Part shown: positions 27,198 through 39,644 of the stretch, piece after piece
Layout: every line of letters starts with the position of its first letter
How positions within the stretch are numbered: the stretch's first letter is position 1
DNA from: Eledone cirrhosa
Lineage: Eukaryota
Length of the DNA stretch: 64,000 bases
NCBI GenBank assembly: GCA_964016885.1
Contig: OZ024740.1
Coordinates: 283,030,001-283,094,000 of the forward strand
Reading direction: 5' to 3'
Made by a program: the position numbers and the translations under genes
Notes under the pieces: generated by a model
Database searches by the model: none
What the model was told of the DNA's origin: nothing
What the model saw: the letters and a program-made list of their open reading frames with translations, nothing else

Positions 27198-27789
27198 AAA
27201 TATAATGAAGATCTTCCATATTTGGTTAAAGAGCATTAACCAAAACACATTTTTTGGAACACGGGGAACAGCAAGGACCCTCCGACATGTCCTGGTTAAC
27301 TGAGACTGCAAGCAGCGGCTTGATGCACATTAGGGCAACTTTTCCGCTTAAATAATAACAATGAATGAGATGCCAGACAAATAATAATAATAATAATAAT
27401 AATTGTTATAGTTATTGTTGTTGTTGATAATGATGTTGTTACTGTTGTTGATGATCTTGTTGCTATTGTTATCATTACTAATTTCAAATTATCTTAAAGA
27501 GAACCATTAGGTTGTGTTACCATGCTGCTTAAATTCTACAGTACGATCTACCATAACCTAGCCACTACAATACGATCTATCATACTATTGACACTGATGA
27601 CGTCATCTCATCACATTTCTCACCATGCATGCAACTATCATTTCATCAAAATCTAATAGAAGTTCTTTAGTTATTATTGTTTAACTATCTCTTTGAATAA
27701 CATAAATGCCACAAGCTCTGAATGCAAGCGGTCTGAAATCCTCTGTATTTGTCTAGTGTAGTTAACAATGTTTAAGTACGCATAGCGAC

Positions 27790-27908
<119 letters not shown>

Positions 27909-28820
27909 TATACACACACAAATTTAATAAGAATCATACACGAAGATGTCAATTTTAAATACTATAGTTAAATTGAATTTGTAACAAAAACTACACACAA
28001 AATTACATAAATCAAACAAGGACATTTTTTCAACCATTATTATAACGATCTATTTTAAAAGCTCATTCTCTTTCGTTTCTATCATCTCCCCCTCCTTATC
28101 CCTCATTCTTCCTTTCTTCCTTTCTGTTTCAACTTTGTTATAGACATCAGCAGCGTATAGACAATATTAGCTACTTTCTACTTTCACTTTCAGAGCATTA
28201 ATTCAAACAGCTATATGGCTTTCTATGGAGGTTAATGCATTCTATTATAGTGTAATTAATTTGATGGAAACAATTGTCAACTTTCATTTGAACTATGTTA
28301 AAATATTCTCAATTTGAAAAAAGAATTCTATGTTGGTTTGGCTGGTTAGATTATGTCATAGAGAGATTCATGTGGAATTATAGGTTTTGAGTTAGTGCTT
28401 TTGTGTTTTACAATTTGTCTTTTTCGAAAAATGTATATAACTATAAAAATAATTACGTGAATATATACGTAAATTCACTTGCAAAGATTCTTTTAAAAAT
28501 CAAAAATATTCGCTTACAAAATGACAAGGATCTCTTGTTTGAAAGAAAATCGATTTGATATGAAGAATGCGAGCCAATATTTTCTTTTTTTTTGTTCCTT
28601 CTTTTTCTGGTGAACCCGAGCATTACATGGTTTCTACATGAATATTTTCTTACAAGAACAATACTGAATATAAATGAGAATTTAAAGCTCATATGCAAGG
28701 GATTTAAGCTTGGATACAAATACACCGTAGATATTTTGTTACAACATACAAGACATTCAACATTGTCAAGCCAATATCTACAGCAAAGCATATTGCCTGT
28801 ACCTAGTCTTAGAAAACGAT

Positions 28821-28851
<31 letters not shown>

Positions 28852-28852
28852 C

Positions 28853-28887
<35 letters not shown>

Positions 28888-29017
28888 TATATTTTTACTT
28901 TTTTTGTTTACTCTTTTACCTGTTCCAACCATCCAGCTAAGACCGTGTTGGAACACCGTTCTTGTTGCTACACATTCTATCTCCACCCTGTGTTGGGTGG
29001 CCATTGGTGTAAGAGGG

Positions 29018-29244
29018 AGTTAGTTGCTGCTGCCCCTAGGCTAACTTCGTATCGGGCTGTGGGCTATCCGAGATCCTAGATAGCAGGGTGCCAAGATGTA
29101 TCTCTTGAATACATCCACGTCCACACCATGTACATCTCTCAAATATCTTGGCAGCTTGTTGAAGAGCTGGGGCCTTTGAAACCCAGGCTATTGCAATATC
29201 TGCTCCTTTCTAGATGTGATAGACGGGACGTTTGGCACCACAGA

Positions 29245-29245
<1 letters not shown>
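29018..29245 (-). pseudogene. LINE ORF2 3'-end relic (same family as 4190-4700)
   Basis: Minus strand: 'RYCNSLGFKGPQLFNKLPRYLRDVHGVDVDVFK'. Confidence 0.7.
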
Positions 29246-29339
<94 letters not shown>

Positions 29340-29485
29340 ATACTTTGGGAGGGTCATGTTGCCAATAAGAAACACACGCACCAGTTACTTTCACTTCAAT
29401 TTATTATAATAAATTTATAAATTTAGGAATTTATAAATTTCCGGTTGGTTGGTTGGTTCCACAACCAGATTATTGTTTATATATC

Positions 29486-29528
29486 GTCAAAGTTCTTTCG
29501 TCACACATTCTGTGACCTCTTCAGTGAC
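29486..29528 (-). ncRNA. Minimal type I hammerhead ribozyme
   Basis: Minus strand: gtca-CTGAAGA-g-gtcaca(gaatg)tgtgac-GAAAG-aa-CTT-tgac. A deleted homolog lies at 3216-3245 (+). Confidence 0.75.
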
Positions 29529-29886
29529 TAGGGATTCTTTTCTTTGTTTTTGTGCCTCTCCTTTGTTCTGTCCTACGCCATCTTGTTTATATATACAGTG
29601 GTTTGATTAACGGAATAACTAATTATGCATTTCGAGCCTGATGATGTCACCAGGAATTTAGGTAACCAAGCCATTGAAATATATTTTTGCAACAATAAAA
29701 CTTGAAAGGAATATCACCAGTCTTGTGTTTTGTCTTTAATCAAGCCAATATTTAATTCCAATCTTGCCCCAAACACAGGAATGAACATCACCGTCGAATG
29801 AGTTGTACTTTTCCAACTATAACATCCTGGTTAATTAAACTGAATGACCAGTTCTATCCAGTTGGGACCCACTAAACATAAATAAA

Positions 29887-29995
<109 letters not shown>

Positions 29996-30057
29996 ATTTA
30001 TTTATGTATATGTACATTTATTTATATATATATATCCATATACATGTACATACACGT

Positions 30058-30097
<40 letters not shown>

Positions 30098-30302
30098 AGG
30101 GAGTGTAACGCGGAGTTACTGTAGCTTCACCTGGGTGAGCACTCGATGTTTAGATACTGTCATTAATACTACAGAGGTCCCACAAGCCATTTATTACAGA
30201 GTCAGACTAGATTGATACAGATCGAAACTTGAGCTGATCAATAGTGAAACGCGCGTCACCAACCAATAAACGTAATGAACGAATAACCATTCGTCTTTGT
30301 TT

Positions 30303-30345
<43 letters not shown>

Positions 30346-30351
<6 letters not shown>

Positions 30352-30435
30352 TAACAGATTAAAGTTTAAGCAAAGAATCGCTGCTTTCACCCTTAACGGG
30401 ATCTTCTGAAACTAACAAAGTCAATCTGTAAACGC
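30346..30435 (-). mobile_element. Solo Naiad-PLE 3'-end fragment with HHR (30363-30413)
   Basis: Matches 46290-46373 in reverse; embedded in (TA)n. Confidence 0.75.
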
Positions 30436-30466
<31 letters not shown>

Positions 30467-30769
30467 GGTGGCAAATTTTCAGATCCAGTAGAACGTCGGA
30501 GAAAATGCTTTGCGGTATTCCTCTTATGACTGTTTTCATTTATTATCGACCAATTACGCATGGTTCAGAGATGATTCGCTCAATGTACATATTTGTCTTA
30601 CAGACCCAACTCCTGTGTCAGTGTGCTCCCCTCACTTGTTAATCAAACTAAAAACAAACTTTCACCCAACAAAGTCTGGTCTATGTTACAAATAAGAACC
30701 TTAAGCCAATCATTTGTGAAACGTACGTAAATGCTGGAAAATCAAGAAAAATATTAATGTGAAACTTTG

Positions 30770-30857
<88 letters not shown>

Positions 30858-32866
30858 TGTGTGTGTCTGTGTGTCTGTCCGTGTGTGTGTATGTACGTGT
30901 GTGTGTGTGTGTGTGTATGTAGACACAGCGAGAGAAAGAGAGGGAGGAAGAAATGATGAAAAACGACGTACTATTATAATCATGCTATTATAATCATGCA
31001 TATAACTTTTTTAAACGTATCTTAATATAATGGGAATCTACAATAATCATAATTCTAAATGTAAATAAAAAAGGAGATTCTATAAGCTATTCAATGCTTT
31101 TCAGAATAATGTTATCAATGAATCTTAGAACATTCTCTAAGGACATTGGAAAATCAGTGTATGATCATATGAATTCAGTCATTATACGTATATATATATA
31201 GATATTTGTGTGTGTGTACGTGTGTGTGTGTGTCTTCCATATACTGTACCGTTTGAGCAGTTATTTCTCTTTACCTTTTACATATATACATATATACACA
31301 CACACATATATATATATATTTACAAATACTTTTTACATAAGCACACGCACACTCGCATACGCCTTCATCTTTCTGGCATATTAATAGTGATGAATGATCT
31401 AAAACAGTAATATATATATATATATATGTGTGTATATACGTATATATATATATGTGTGTGTGTGTGTGCGTGTGCGTGTGTGTACGTGTGTGTGTGTGTG
31501 TAGTGTGTGTGTGTTTGTGTATGTATCGATTTGTGTGTGTATAATCATACGCTCTCCCACACATAACCACACAATCGATATTCGTATACATTAACTGAAA
31601 TATTCATTAATATTGCTCCATACTTCAGTCCTAGGTTTTTATATATTTGCCACCCATTCCTCAACGAAAAATGAATTTAAATGAATGCATGCATTATATA
31701 TTGTAGTTTGGATTGTTTAAATCTCGTAGAAGTTGAAATGAAGTGTCATTGTTCCTTAAAGCAAAGAATCGAAGTTGCGGGTGACCGATAAAATATACAT
31801 TACAACCATGTAGTTAAATAATTTTGGAATACTTGAATTCCTAAAGAATTTCTTTATTTTTCTCTGCGTATAATTGCCAATAAAGTTGAAACAAACGAAG
31901 CAAAACGGAATTAATGGTGACAAAACATGAACAGCAAGGAAATCAATCGCTGCATATGAATCTAGTCTTGCAGCGAATTGTATATTGTTATAGTGATTTA
32001 CAATTTCTGTAAATCTCTGAGTGGAAATCAATATGGTTTTTGTTAAATTTGTGATGCCATGTTGAGACAAGTTATGAAATTCAAGACATTCTAATCTATT
32101 ATCTGCCTTTTGAAATATCAGAGCAATTTTCTCATCTGTTTCACCAATCGGCCAATCTTATACTGAGACTAAATGCTTTTACGAGATACGAAACTACGTT
32201 TCAAGAGACATTTTTCAATCTTAAGGCCAATTGTAATTTCTAATGTGTAAAAATAATATATAAACCTTACTATTTAAGTTCATAAGTTAGCAGGGCTTGA
32301 CGAATTCTCCTGTCTATGAATAAGTATATTTTGTTACCAATACATGTGATACTAGATAATATTTTCTTGTGGTGTATTTAGATTATCAATTATGCTCTAC
32401 TTAGATTTGTATTCTTAATTTCAATCAAAATTTTAATGTTCAAAATTTCTGATGTTCAATTAATATCTATTGGAAGATATTAATATCTAAACCCTCCTAA
32501 TAAAATATTGTTTTGCTGACGGCTGACAGCCAGTTATATTGTCCAAACTGAACTGGGAGGTTAGTATGAAACTTGTTAATAATCATTATCTCCACTACTA
32601 CACGTCACAAATAGCCTGCAATACCAGTAGATATGGGTAGTATAAATTCTCTGACCCTTTAAGGACGAAGAAAGGAACCTTCATAGAACTGGAGTTATGT
32701 GGTTTGTGTGTGTGTGTGTGGGGGGGGGTTACGCCTGAGCACAGCTGTAGGAGTTGATTGAAACTCATAGGGGAACGGGCGATCGCTTTGAAAGCATCGT
32801 ATTCGTCCGTTCCCTTGTTAATTTGAACACAGATTGCTTCATAAAAGTAACCGTATTATGTAAGAA

Positions 32867-32944
32867 GCTGTCTGATGAGATCACAGCATTGAATTTAACA
32901 AGGAATTACCTGGCCTCTGCTGTCATCGAAATATATATAACGGC
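32867..32944 (+). ncRNA. Type I hammerhead ribozyme
   Basis: gctgt-CTGATGA-gatcacagca...tgctgtcatc-GAAA-tatata-TA-acggc. Confidence 0.8.
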
Positions 32945-32987
32945 CTTTCAATGAAGGAATTTTAACATCCGAACTATTTTGTATTCC

Positions 32988-33163
32988 ATTGGCAGTATTG
33001 GTAGAGGGGCGGACATCCTTTCCAGCATAGCTACGTCCCTTTACGATCATAGTTCAAATCCCTCCGAGGTTAACTTTGCCTGTCATCCTAACGGGGTCGA
33101 TAAAATAAACTACCAGTAATATACTGGGTGATTGCTGGTCTTGAGCCAAAAGTAGAAACAATT
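32988..33163 (+). mobile_element. tRNA-derived SINE
   Basis: Family copy. Confidence 0.8.
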
Positions 33164-33196
33164 ATTATATATGTGTATATATATATATATATATAT

Positions 33197-33810
33197 GAGA
33201 GAAATGGAAAAAGATGAGTGTTGCCGTACATGGGAGTCGAACCCACATCTTTGGTTATCCAGACCACTGTGCTACCATTACACCAATACACATCCCATCT
33301 CCTTCCATTCGAATTAGAAGCTATGAACTTAGCAAGTGAATGATAAACAAGCAAATTATAAACGTAAACATGTAAGTATGTTTTTGAAACGGTGCGCGAG
33401 TTTGAAATTAGAAATTAGAAATGATAAGCTTTCACCGTATTTTAGACTTATAATTTCTAATTTCTAATTTCAAACTCGCGCACCGTTTCAAAAATATACT
33501 TATATGTTTACGTTTATAATTTGCTTGTTCATCATTCACTTGCTAAGTTTATAGCTTCTAATTCGAATGGAAGGAGATGGGATGTGTATTGGTGTAATGG
33601 TAGCACAGTGGTCTGGATAACCAAAGATATGGGTTCGACTCCCATGTAAGACAACACTCATCTTTTTCCATTTCTCCGGGGGTTTTAAACCAGGCTAGAA
33701 ATTTCTTTAGTCTAAAATACGGTGAAAGCTTATAATTTCTAATTCCTAATTTCAAACTCGCGCACCGTTTCAAAAACATACACTACATGTTTACGTTTAT
33801 AATTTGCTTA
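33197..33810. mobile_element. tRNA-containing ~280-bp unit, inverted plus partial tandem, in (TA)n
   Basis: 33197-33448 is an inverted copy; 33450-33530 is repeated at 33731-33810. tRNA-like segment at ~33583-33655 has A-box TGGTGTAATGG and B-box GGTTCGACTCC. Confidence 0.75.
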
Positions 33811-33851
33811 TATATATATATATACATATACATAATATATATATATATATA

Positions 33852-33882
<31 letters not shown>

Positions 33883-34096
33883 CATATGCATATATATATA
33901 TTTATATATATATATATTATTCAGAATATTAATAAATGAAGATATTCACATAATCAAAATATATGCTTTATTATATATATTTAGAAGGTACAGTGGTGTT
34001 TTTTCAGTACGCCCTCGTCAGATAAAATACATGAATTGACGTATGACATACCTCAACGGACATGATTGTTCAATTCCAGTATTGGCAGTATTCCAG

Positions 34097-34124
<28 letters not shown>

Positions 34125-34127
<3 letters not shown>

Positions 34128-34520
34128 CCATCACTAAGTCCAAGCCATACGCAAGGGGAAATCCGACGTGTGGCTTATGTATTGCCGAACGAATAACTAT
34201 TCTAAAGAGATTACGCAATAGTGATTGCCTAAACACGAGGAGTGAATATTTCACACGTTGTCCACACGTCGCCAAACATCTGTTGCATAACTACAAGGCT
34301 CCGGACTGATTCTTTGTAATTTTCTTTCCAACCTAAAAACTTTTCGGACTTTCGCAGTTATGTCCCTTACACCTCTCGCACACAGTCTAGTGTTGCCTGT
34401 GTGAAGTGACCGGTTTTCTGCGCATGCGCGTTCGTACGGTTGTCCTTCCTGTTCCTATAACCATGCCTATTCCTAGCTGAGGATCCGCTAAGGTGAAACA
34501 ATTGTTCTCTAAATTTATTC
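34125..34520 (+). pseudogene. 5'-truncated Naiad-type PLE (GIY-YIG C-terminus + 3' UTR)
   Basis: 'CGLCIAERITIL...LNTRSEYFTRCPHVAKHLL*' parallels the C-terminus of the 44758-45054 ORF; (TA)n on both sides. Confidence 0.75.
34474..34510 (+). ncRNA. Minimal hammerhead ribozyme in the PLE 3' UTR
   Basis: ag-CTGAGGA-t-cc(gctaa)gg-t-GAAAC-aatt-GTT-ct; palindromic helix III. Confidence 0.7.
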
Positions 34521-34534
34521 ATATATATATATAT

Positions 34535-36087
34535 GAATAAATTTAGTCCTTCATCAGTGATCTGCCAACCTTCATTGGTATTTCATCGCTTTAAAGACCA
34601 TATACCACCGGTTGGTGCGAGCAACGGCTAAAGAAAGTCGTTGGGACACGTAAATAAGGGGAAAGAGCGAGACAGTAAACAATCAAAGATGGTAATGCAA
34701 CGAAAAGTGAGGAAGAAGGAGTCAAGTCCCTGAAATCGATGAACATAAGTTCTGTGAAATCGTGGACGAGAGAGAATAAAGACCATCAAACCTGGTCGAA
34801 ATGTGAGCAAGGAAAGAATTTCGCACAGGTCAAACGGGAGGAAGACGGAGTTTAGTCCCTGAATTCAGTGAACATAAGTTCTGTGAAATCGTAGACGAGA
34901 GAGAATAAAGAACAACCGACCTGGTCAAAGTGTGTGTGAGGAAAGAATTTCGCACAGGTCAAACGGGAGGAAGTAGGAGAGGGAGTAGCAGAGAGTGAGT
35001 GAGTGAAAGGTGAGGAAGAGGCTAACAGAGAGAGTGACTGTTAGAGGGAGTAAAAGGAAGTGAGAGATACAGACAAAAGAGGAAGCAGTAAGAAAGAAAC
35101 AGACGGGTCACAGCGGAGGGAAATATATATATGAATATGAAAACATGGCGTGCTAGCTGGTTGCAAATGGGTTACATATGAATAAATTTAGTCCTTCATC
35201 AGTGATCTGCCAACCTTCATTGGTATTTCATCGCTTTAAAGACCACACACCTCCGGTTGGAGCGAACAATGGCTAAAGAAAGTCGTTGGGACACGTAAAT
35301 AAGAGGAACGAGCGAGACTGTAAACAATCAAAGATGGTAATGCAACGAAAAGTGAGGAAGAAGGAGTCAAGTCCCTGAAATCGATGAACATAAGTTCTGT
35401 GAAATCGTGGACGAGAGAGAATAAAGACCATCAAACCTGGTCGAAATGTGAGCAAGGAAAGAATTTCGCACAGGTCAAACGGGAGGAAGACGGAGTTTAG
35501 TCCCTGAATTCAGTGAACATAAGTTCTGTGAAATCGTAGATGAGAGAGAATAAAGAACAACCGACCTGGTCAAAGTGTGTGTGAGGAAAGAATTTCGCAC
35601 AGGTCAAACGGGAGGAAGTAGGAGAGGGAGTAGCAGAGAGTGAGTGAGTGAAAGATGAGGAAGAGGCTAACAGAGAGAGTGACTGTTAGAGGGAGTAAAA
35701 GGAAGTGAGAGATACAGACAAAAGAGGAAGCAGTAAGAAAGAAACAGACGGGTCACAGCGGAGGGAAATATATATATGAATATGAAAACATGGCGTGCTA
35801 GCTGGTTGCAAATGGGTTACATATGAATAAATTTAGTCCTTCATCGGTGATCTGCCAACCTTCATTGGTATTTCATCGCTTTAAAGACCATATACCTCCG
35901 GTTGGTGCGAGCAACGGCTAAAGAAAGTCGTTGGGACACGTAAATAAGAGGAACGAGCGAGACTGTAAACAATCAAAGATGGTAATGCAACGAAAAGTGA
36001 GGAAGAAGGAGTCAAGTCCCTGAAATCGATGAACATAAGTTCTGTAAAATCGTGGACGAGAGAGAATAAAGACCATTAAACCTGGTC

Positions 36088-36090
<3 letters not shown>
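34535..36090 (-). mobile_element. Family A tandem array (~645-bp unit, ~2.4 copies)
   Basis: Near-identical units starting at ~34535, ~35180 and ~35825, with short (TA)n at the unit junctions. Confidence 0.9.
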
Positions 36091-36134
<44 letters not shown>

Positions 36135-36215
36135 AAAGTTTTATTTAAGATTGTTGGGTTACAACGAGTAAATATTTTATAACTGATATAAAAGCACTCA
36201 ACAACTTATGTATTG

Positions 36216-36278
36216 TATTTTGTCTGAGGAAGGCATACCATATTTTTAATATATCCCAGAAATATATATAACGAAATA
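36216..36278 (+). ncRNA. Hammerhead motif (same family as 63031-63095)
   Basis: tattttgt-CTGAGGA...GAAA-tatata-TA-acgaaata; helix II degraded. Confidence 0.55.
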
Positions 36279-36603
36279 AATATGGTTTTATAAATATAGT
36301 TTCCATTTGTTTAATATCGTATATATATATATATATATATCGCTTTCCTCTAGCCATGGGACTTGGAGACATGAGCCGAATGCTACGATTCTATTATACA
36401 TCGATGTGGGACTGCTATTGCTAATAACCATCTTTTCACTTCTTACTAATTTGTGTTTGAGATAAGTTGGCTGAGAGCTTTTGACAAGAACGAAAAGATT
36501 TCAGTTGCTAATCACTTTACTGTTTCGGCCGTCATAAACAGTCATAGCCGGCATGGGCTGGGGTTTGGATTCTGTCGATCGATTGGCTATTGATTATGCG
36601 ATA

Positions 36604-36713
36604 CCCGGTGATGGAGCCACATACGCCGATTATGCATTGTTGCATAATATATGTAGACAGAGGTGAAGTGCACCCTGCTGCTGCATTAAGTGTGGCCGAA
36701 ACTCGAGTCCGGG
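36604..36713 (+). ncRNA. Degenerate hammerhead with a long helix II insertion
   Basis: cccg-GTGATGG-agccacat...gtgtggcc-GAAAC-tcga-GTC-cggg. Helices I-III pair but the core is mutated. Confidence 0.5.
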
Positions 36714-36843
36714 AACTATTATAGGCACCCGTTTTACGTGTGTTGTATTGAAGCGAATAACTATGTGTATACTCTGGGAATGTATCCTTCATTACCTATT
36801 GAGTACGCTGGCATTGATAAATATGGTGGGTCCGTCAACTCCT

Positions 36844-36877
<34 letters not shown>

Positions 36878-38333
36878 GGCTTATAGTTTCATTCATATGA
36901 AATTGTCAGGAATGCCTGGTGACATAGTATATATATACATACAAACACATTTGCTTTAAGCTCATTTACATATATATGTAGATTGATACTCTAAGTATTG
37001 AAGGAAAATAAAAATAAAATATGCCAGAAACTTTAAAAATTGTGTGTAGAATTGTATGTACATGTGTATGGGTGGATAGGGAGTGTGTGCAATTGTATGT
37101 GTGGTTCTCAATGTGTGTTTGGTCACCTCAAAGTATAACTTTTCAATCATTTATCTTTTATGAGGAGTTAAAATGCTTAAAGGTCTGAAACATATATCCG
37201 GTATATCATGTAAGAATCCCCTTGTGTAATTACATGTTTGTGTGTGTGTTGGAAAAGGTGACTAATGGTAGATTGTCAACCAATAAATCTCTCTTAGTGT
37301 GTTGTGTATTGGAACGACGCTTAGAACGAATGGCATTCAATATATCGTCTGATTGTTGAGCGACGTTTCCTAACGAGAGCAAAGGAAAGATAAAAAGAAG
37401 GGAAGATGATATGTATTGATGATGCCATTGAAAGATAATTGAGGATTTAAAATAGAATAAGATTAAATTGGCAAACGCATTGGTTTCTACAGGATTCAGG
37501 GATTACGTGGAGATATTGGACTTGACTTTCCTTAATTGGTGGGTCGTTATTGACAGATGATCCTTGTTGAAAGTGTGTCAGTCACGAGCGATGATGATTG
37601 AAACGCCGGGATAGAGAAAAATAAAAGAGAGATAAGATAACAGAAATTAAGAAAAGAAGGGAAGAAAGAAAAAGAATGAATGAGAACAAAGAATGAGAAA
37701 GACATGGAAGCAAACAGAATGAGAGAGAGAAAAAAGAAAGGACGAAAGAAATAAGAGTTAGAAATAAGAATATAATATTATAAGAAACCATAAGCGGAGG
37801 ATGACATAAACAGAAAGAGAGGGAGAGAAATGAATGGGAGTTGTAGAGAGAGTGACGGAGAGGGAGAGAGAGAAAGAGAGAGAGAGAGAGTCAGAGAGAG
37901 AGACCGAAAGAGAGAGAACGAGGGAGAGAGAGAGAGATAGAGAGAGATGGACACGGAGGACGTAAGGAGAAAGGGAGGTAGAGAAAAAGTAGAATTGTAC
38001 TTTTGGCACAATTGTACTTTTGGCACAAGGCCAGCAATTACTCCAGTGCATTACTGGAACTTTATTTTATAGACCCCGTAAGGATGACCTCGGCGGGATT
38101 TGAAACACAAGATGAGGGAAATAATGTGGGAGAGAACGACAATGCAAAGGACAAATTTGTAAGCGAGTTAAAATACATAGAAAAGTAAACGGTAAAGTAC
38201 GAATGACCCTAAAGGAGAAATTAAAGTCCAGAGTGTGTTTGTGTGGCGTGGGTGGGTAAGGGGGGGGGGTCTATCAGTATGTGTATTTTCGTAGATGTAT
38301 ATGTCTCGTTTTATAAGCGTATGATATCTGCGT

Positions 38334-38380
<47 letters not shown>

Positions 38381-38433
38381 CACCCACTCCCTGGATATAT
38401 GTATATATATGATGATGAAATGATGATGATATA

Positions 38434-38479
<46 letters not shown>

Positions 38480-38482
<3 letters not shown>

Positions 38483-38670
38483 TAAGATGGTAATATGGAC
38501 GTAAACAAGAGAAGAAACCCCTCATCAGCTGTTAACTGCGATTGTAGATGTTCGCCGAAACATCTATGATCGCAGTTAACAGCTGATGAGGAGTTTCTTC
38601 TCTTGTTTACGTCCATATTACCATCTTTGTTTACAGTAACCACACAACCTGCTTTGTTTCTTGTAATCTT
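38480..38670. mobile_element. Asymmetric palindrome with a family-A-like GAAA-N22-CTGATGA motif
   Basis: 38486-38553 is inverted at 38560-38627, followed by a tail; (TA)n flanks. Confidence 0.7.
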
Positions 38671-38683
38671 ATATATATATATA

Positions 38684-39353
38684 TCACACTTCTCTTTGTA
38701 TAAGATACTTGCATTTGAGCTCAGAAGAAAATTCTCTATTCTTCTTTGAGCTAATACTATTATTATTATTACAGTGAACTGCGGAATACTCTTAATTCCG
38801 ATCTTTATACTTAACGAGCTACAAATTGTTGAGCTAATAAATTCGAATGGTTGGGCTGCTCTTTCTAGCTTTTTCCCCAATTCATGAGAGCCGTTATTTG
38901 ATGCAAATAACACGTGATTTCGCCCTACTCTGGGCAGCGTGTATATTAGCTTTCTCTCTATCCATGAGGTTAGATGTGTCGTGAACAGTGTCCACATTTG
39001 CTGACTGAGGATCCTGTGACCTGTTATACTGCATATGTTGGTGGTGAAACGAAGCGAGATTCGTATCAGCAAACTTATAGTTATAAGGTTGGTAATTTAA
39101 AACTCTAATTCAGAGATTTGATTCTGACTTAGTTTTTTTCTATTTAATTGCTAAACCTGTAGATATTGTTTTCTATACAGTAACGGTAAAAACACACTTG
39201 TTATAATTCTTTGCACACATCTCACTGTGTAACACACTTCTCTTTGTGTAAGATATTTGCATTTGAGCTCAGAAGAAAATTCTCTATTCTTCTTTGAGCT
39301 AATACTATTATTATTATTACAGTGAACTGCGGATTACTCTTAATTCCGATCTT

Positions 39354-39355
<2 letters not shown>
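38684..39355 (+). mobile_element. Non-coding HHR element with terminal direct repeats (~548-bp unit)
   Basis: 38684-38808 is repeated at 39232-39355; (TA)n flanks. Confidence 0.8.
38998..39072 (+). ncRNA. Type I hammerhead ribozyme
   Basis: ttgctga-CTGAGGA-t-cc...gg-t-GAAAC-gaa(gcgaga)ttc-GTA-tcagcaa; perfect 7-bp helix I and 5-bp helix III. Confidence 0.8.
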
Positions 39356-39391
<36 letters not shown>

Positions 39392-39644
39392 ACGAAATTT
39401 AATATAGAAATGACTTCTACAGGACTATATTCAATTTTATTGTCCTCACTGTACCTTATTTACCTCGGTTACCCCCGATTTCACTCGAGCTCTACACACA
39501 CAAACAAATACACACACATCTACACACGCACACGTGTGTGTGTGTGTATATAGAGTCTTCGGTACTGAGACCAGGGAAACCACTAATCATGGGAGTATTC
39601 AATGCATGGAGAGATGCAGAGTGTTTATAGACATAATTTTATAT

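Noticed and set aside
31756-32160. Possible host exon (minus-strand open frame of ~130 codons); similar unique stretches at 1787-2161, 28453-28810 and 49904-50300
   Set aside because: No recognisable domain and no consistent splice and frame chain. It cannot be supported without RNA-seq or a homology search.
33583-33655. Functional tRNA-Ser(GGA) gene
   Set aside because: The acceptor stem does not pair well, there is no long variable arm, and it lies inside a duplicated repeat unit.
35190-35240. SECIS element in family A (ATGA...AA...TGA on the minus strand)
   Set aside because: The spacing is too short and helix II pairing is poor; no linked selenoprotein ORF.
38311-39072. 253-aa minus-strand ORF
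   Set aside because: It runs across microsatellites, a palindrome and the antisense strand of an HHR element, with no protein motifs.
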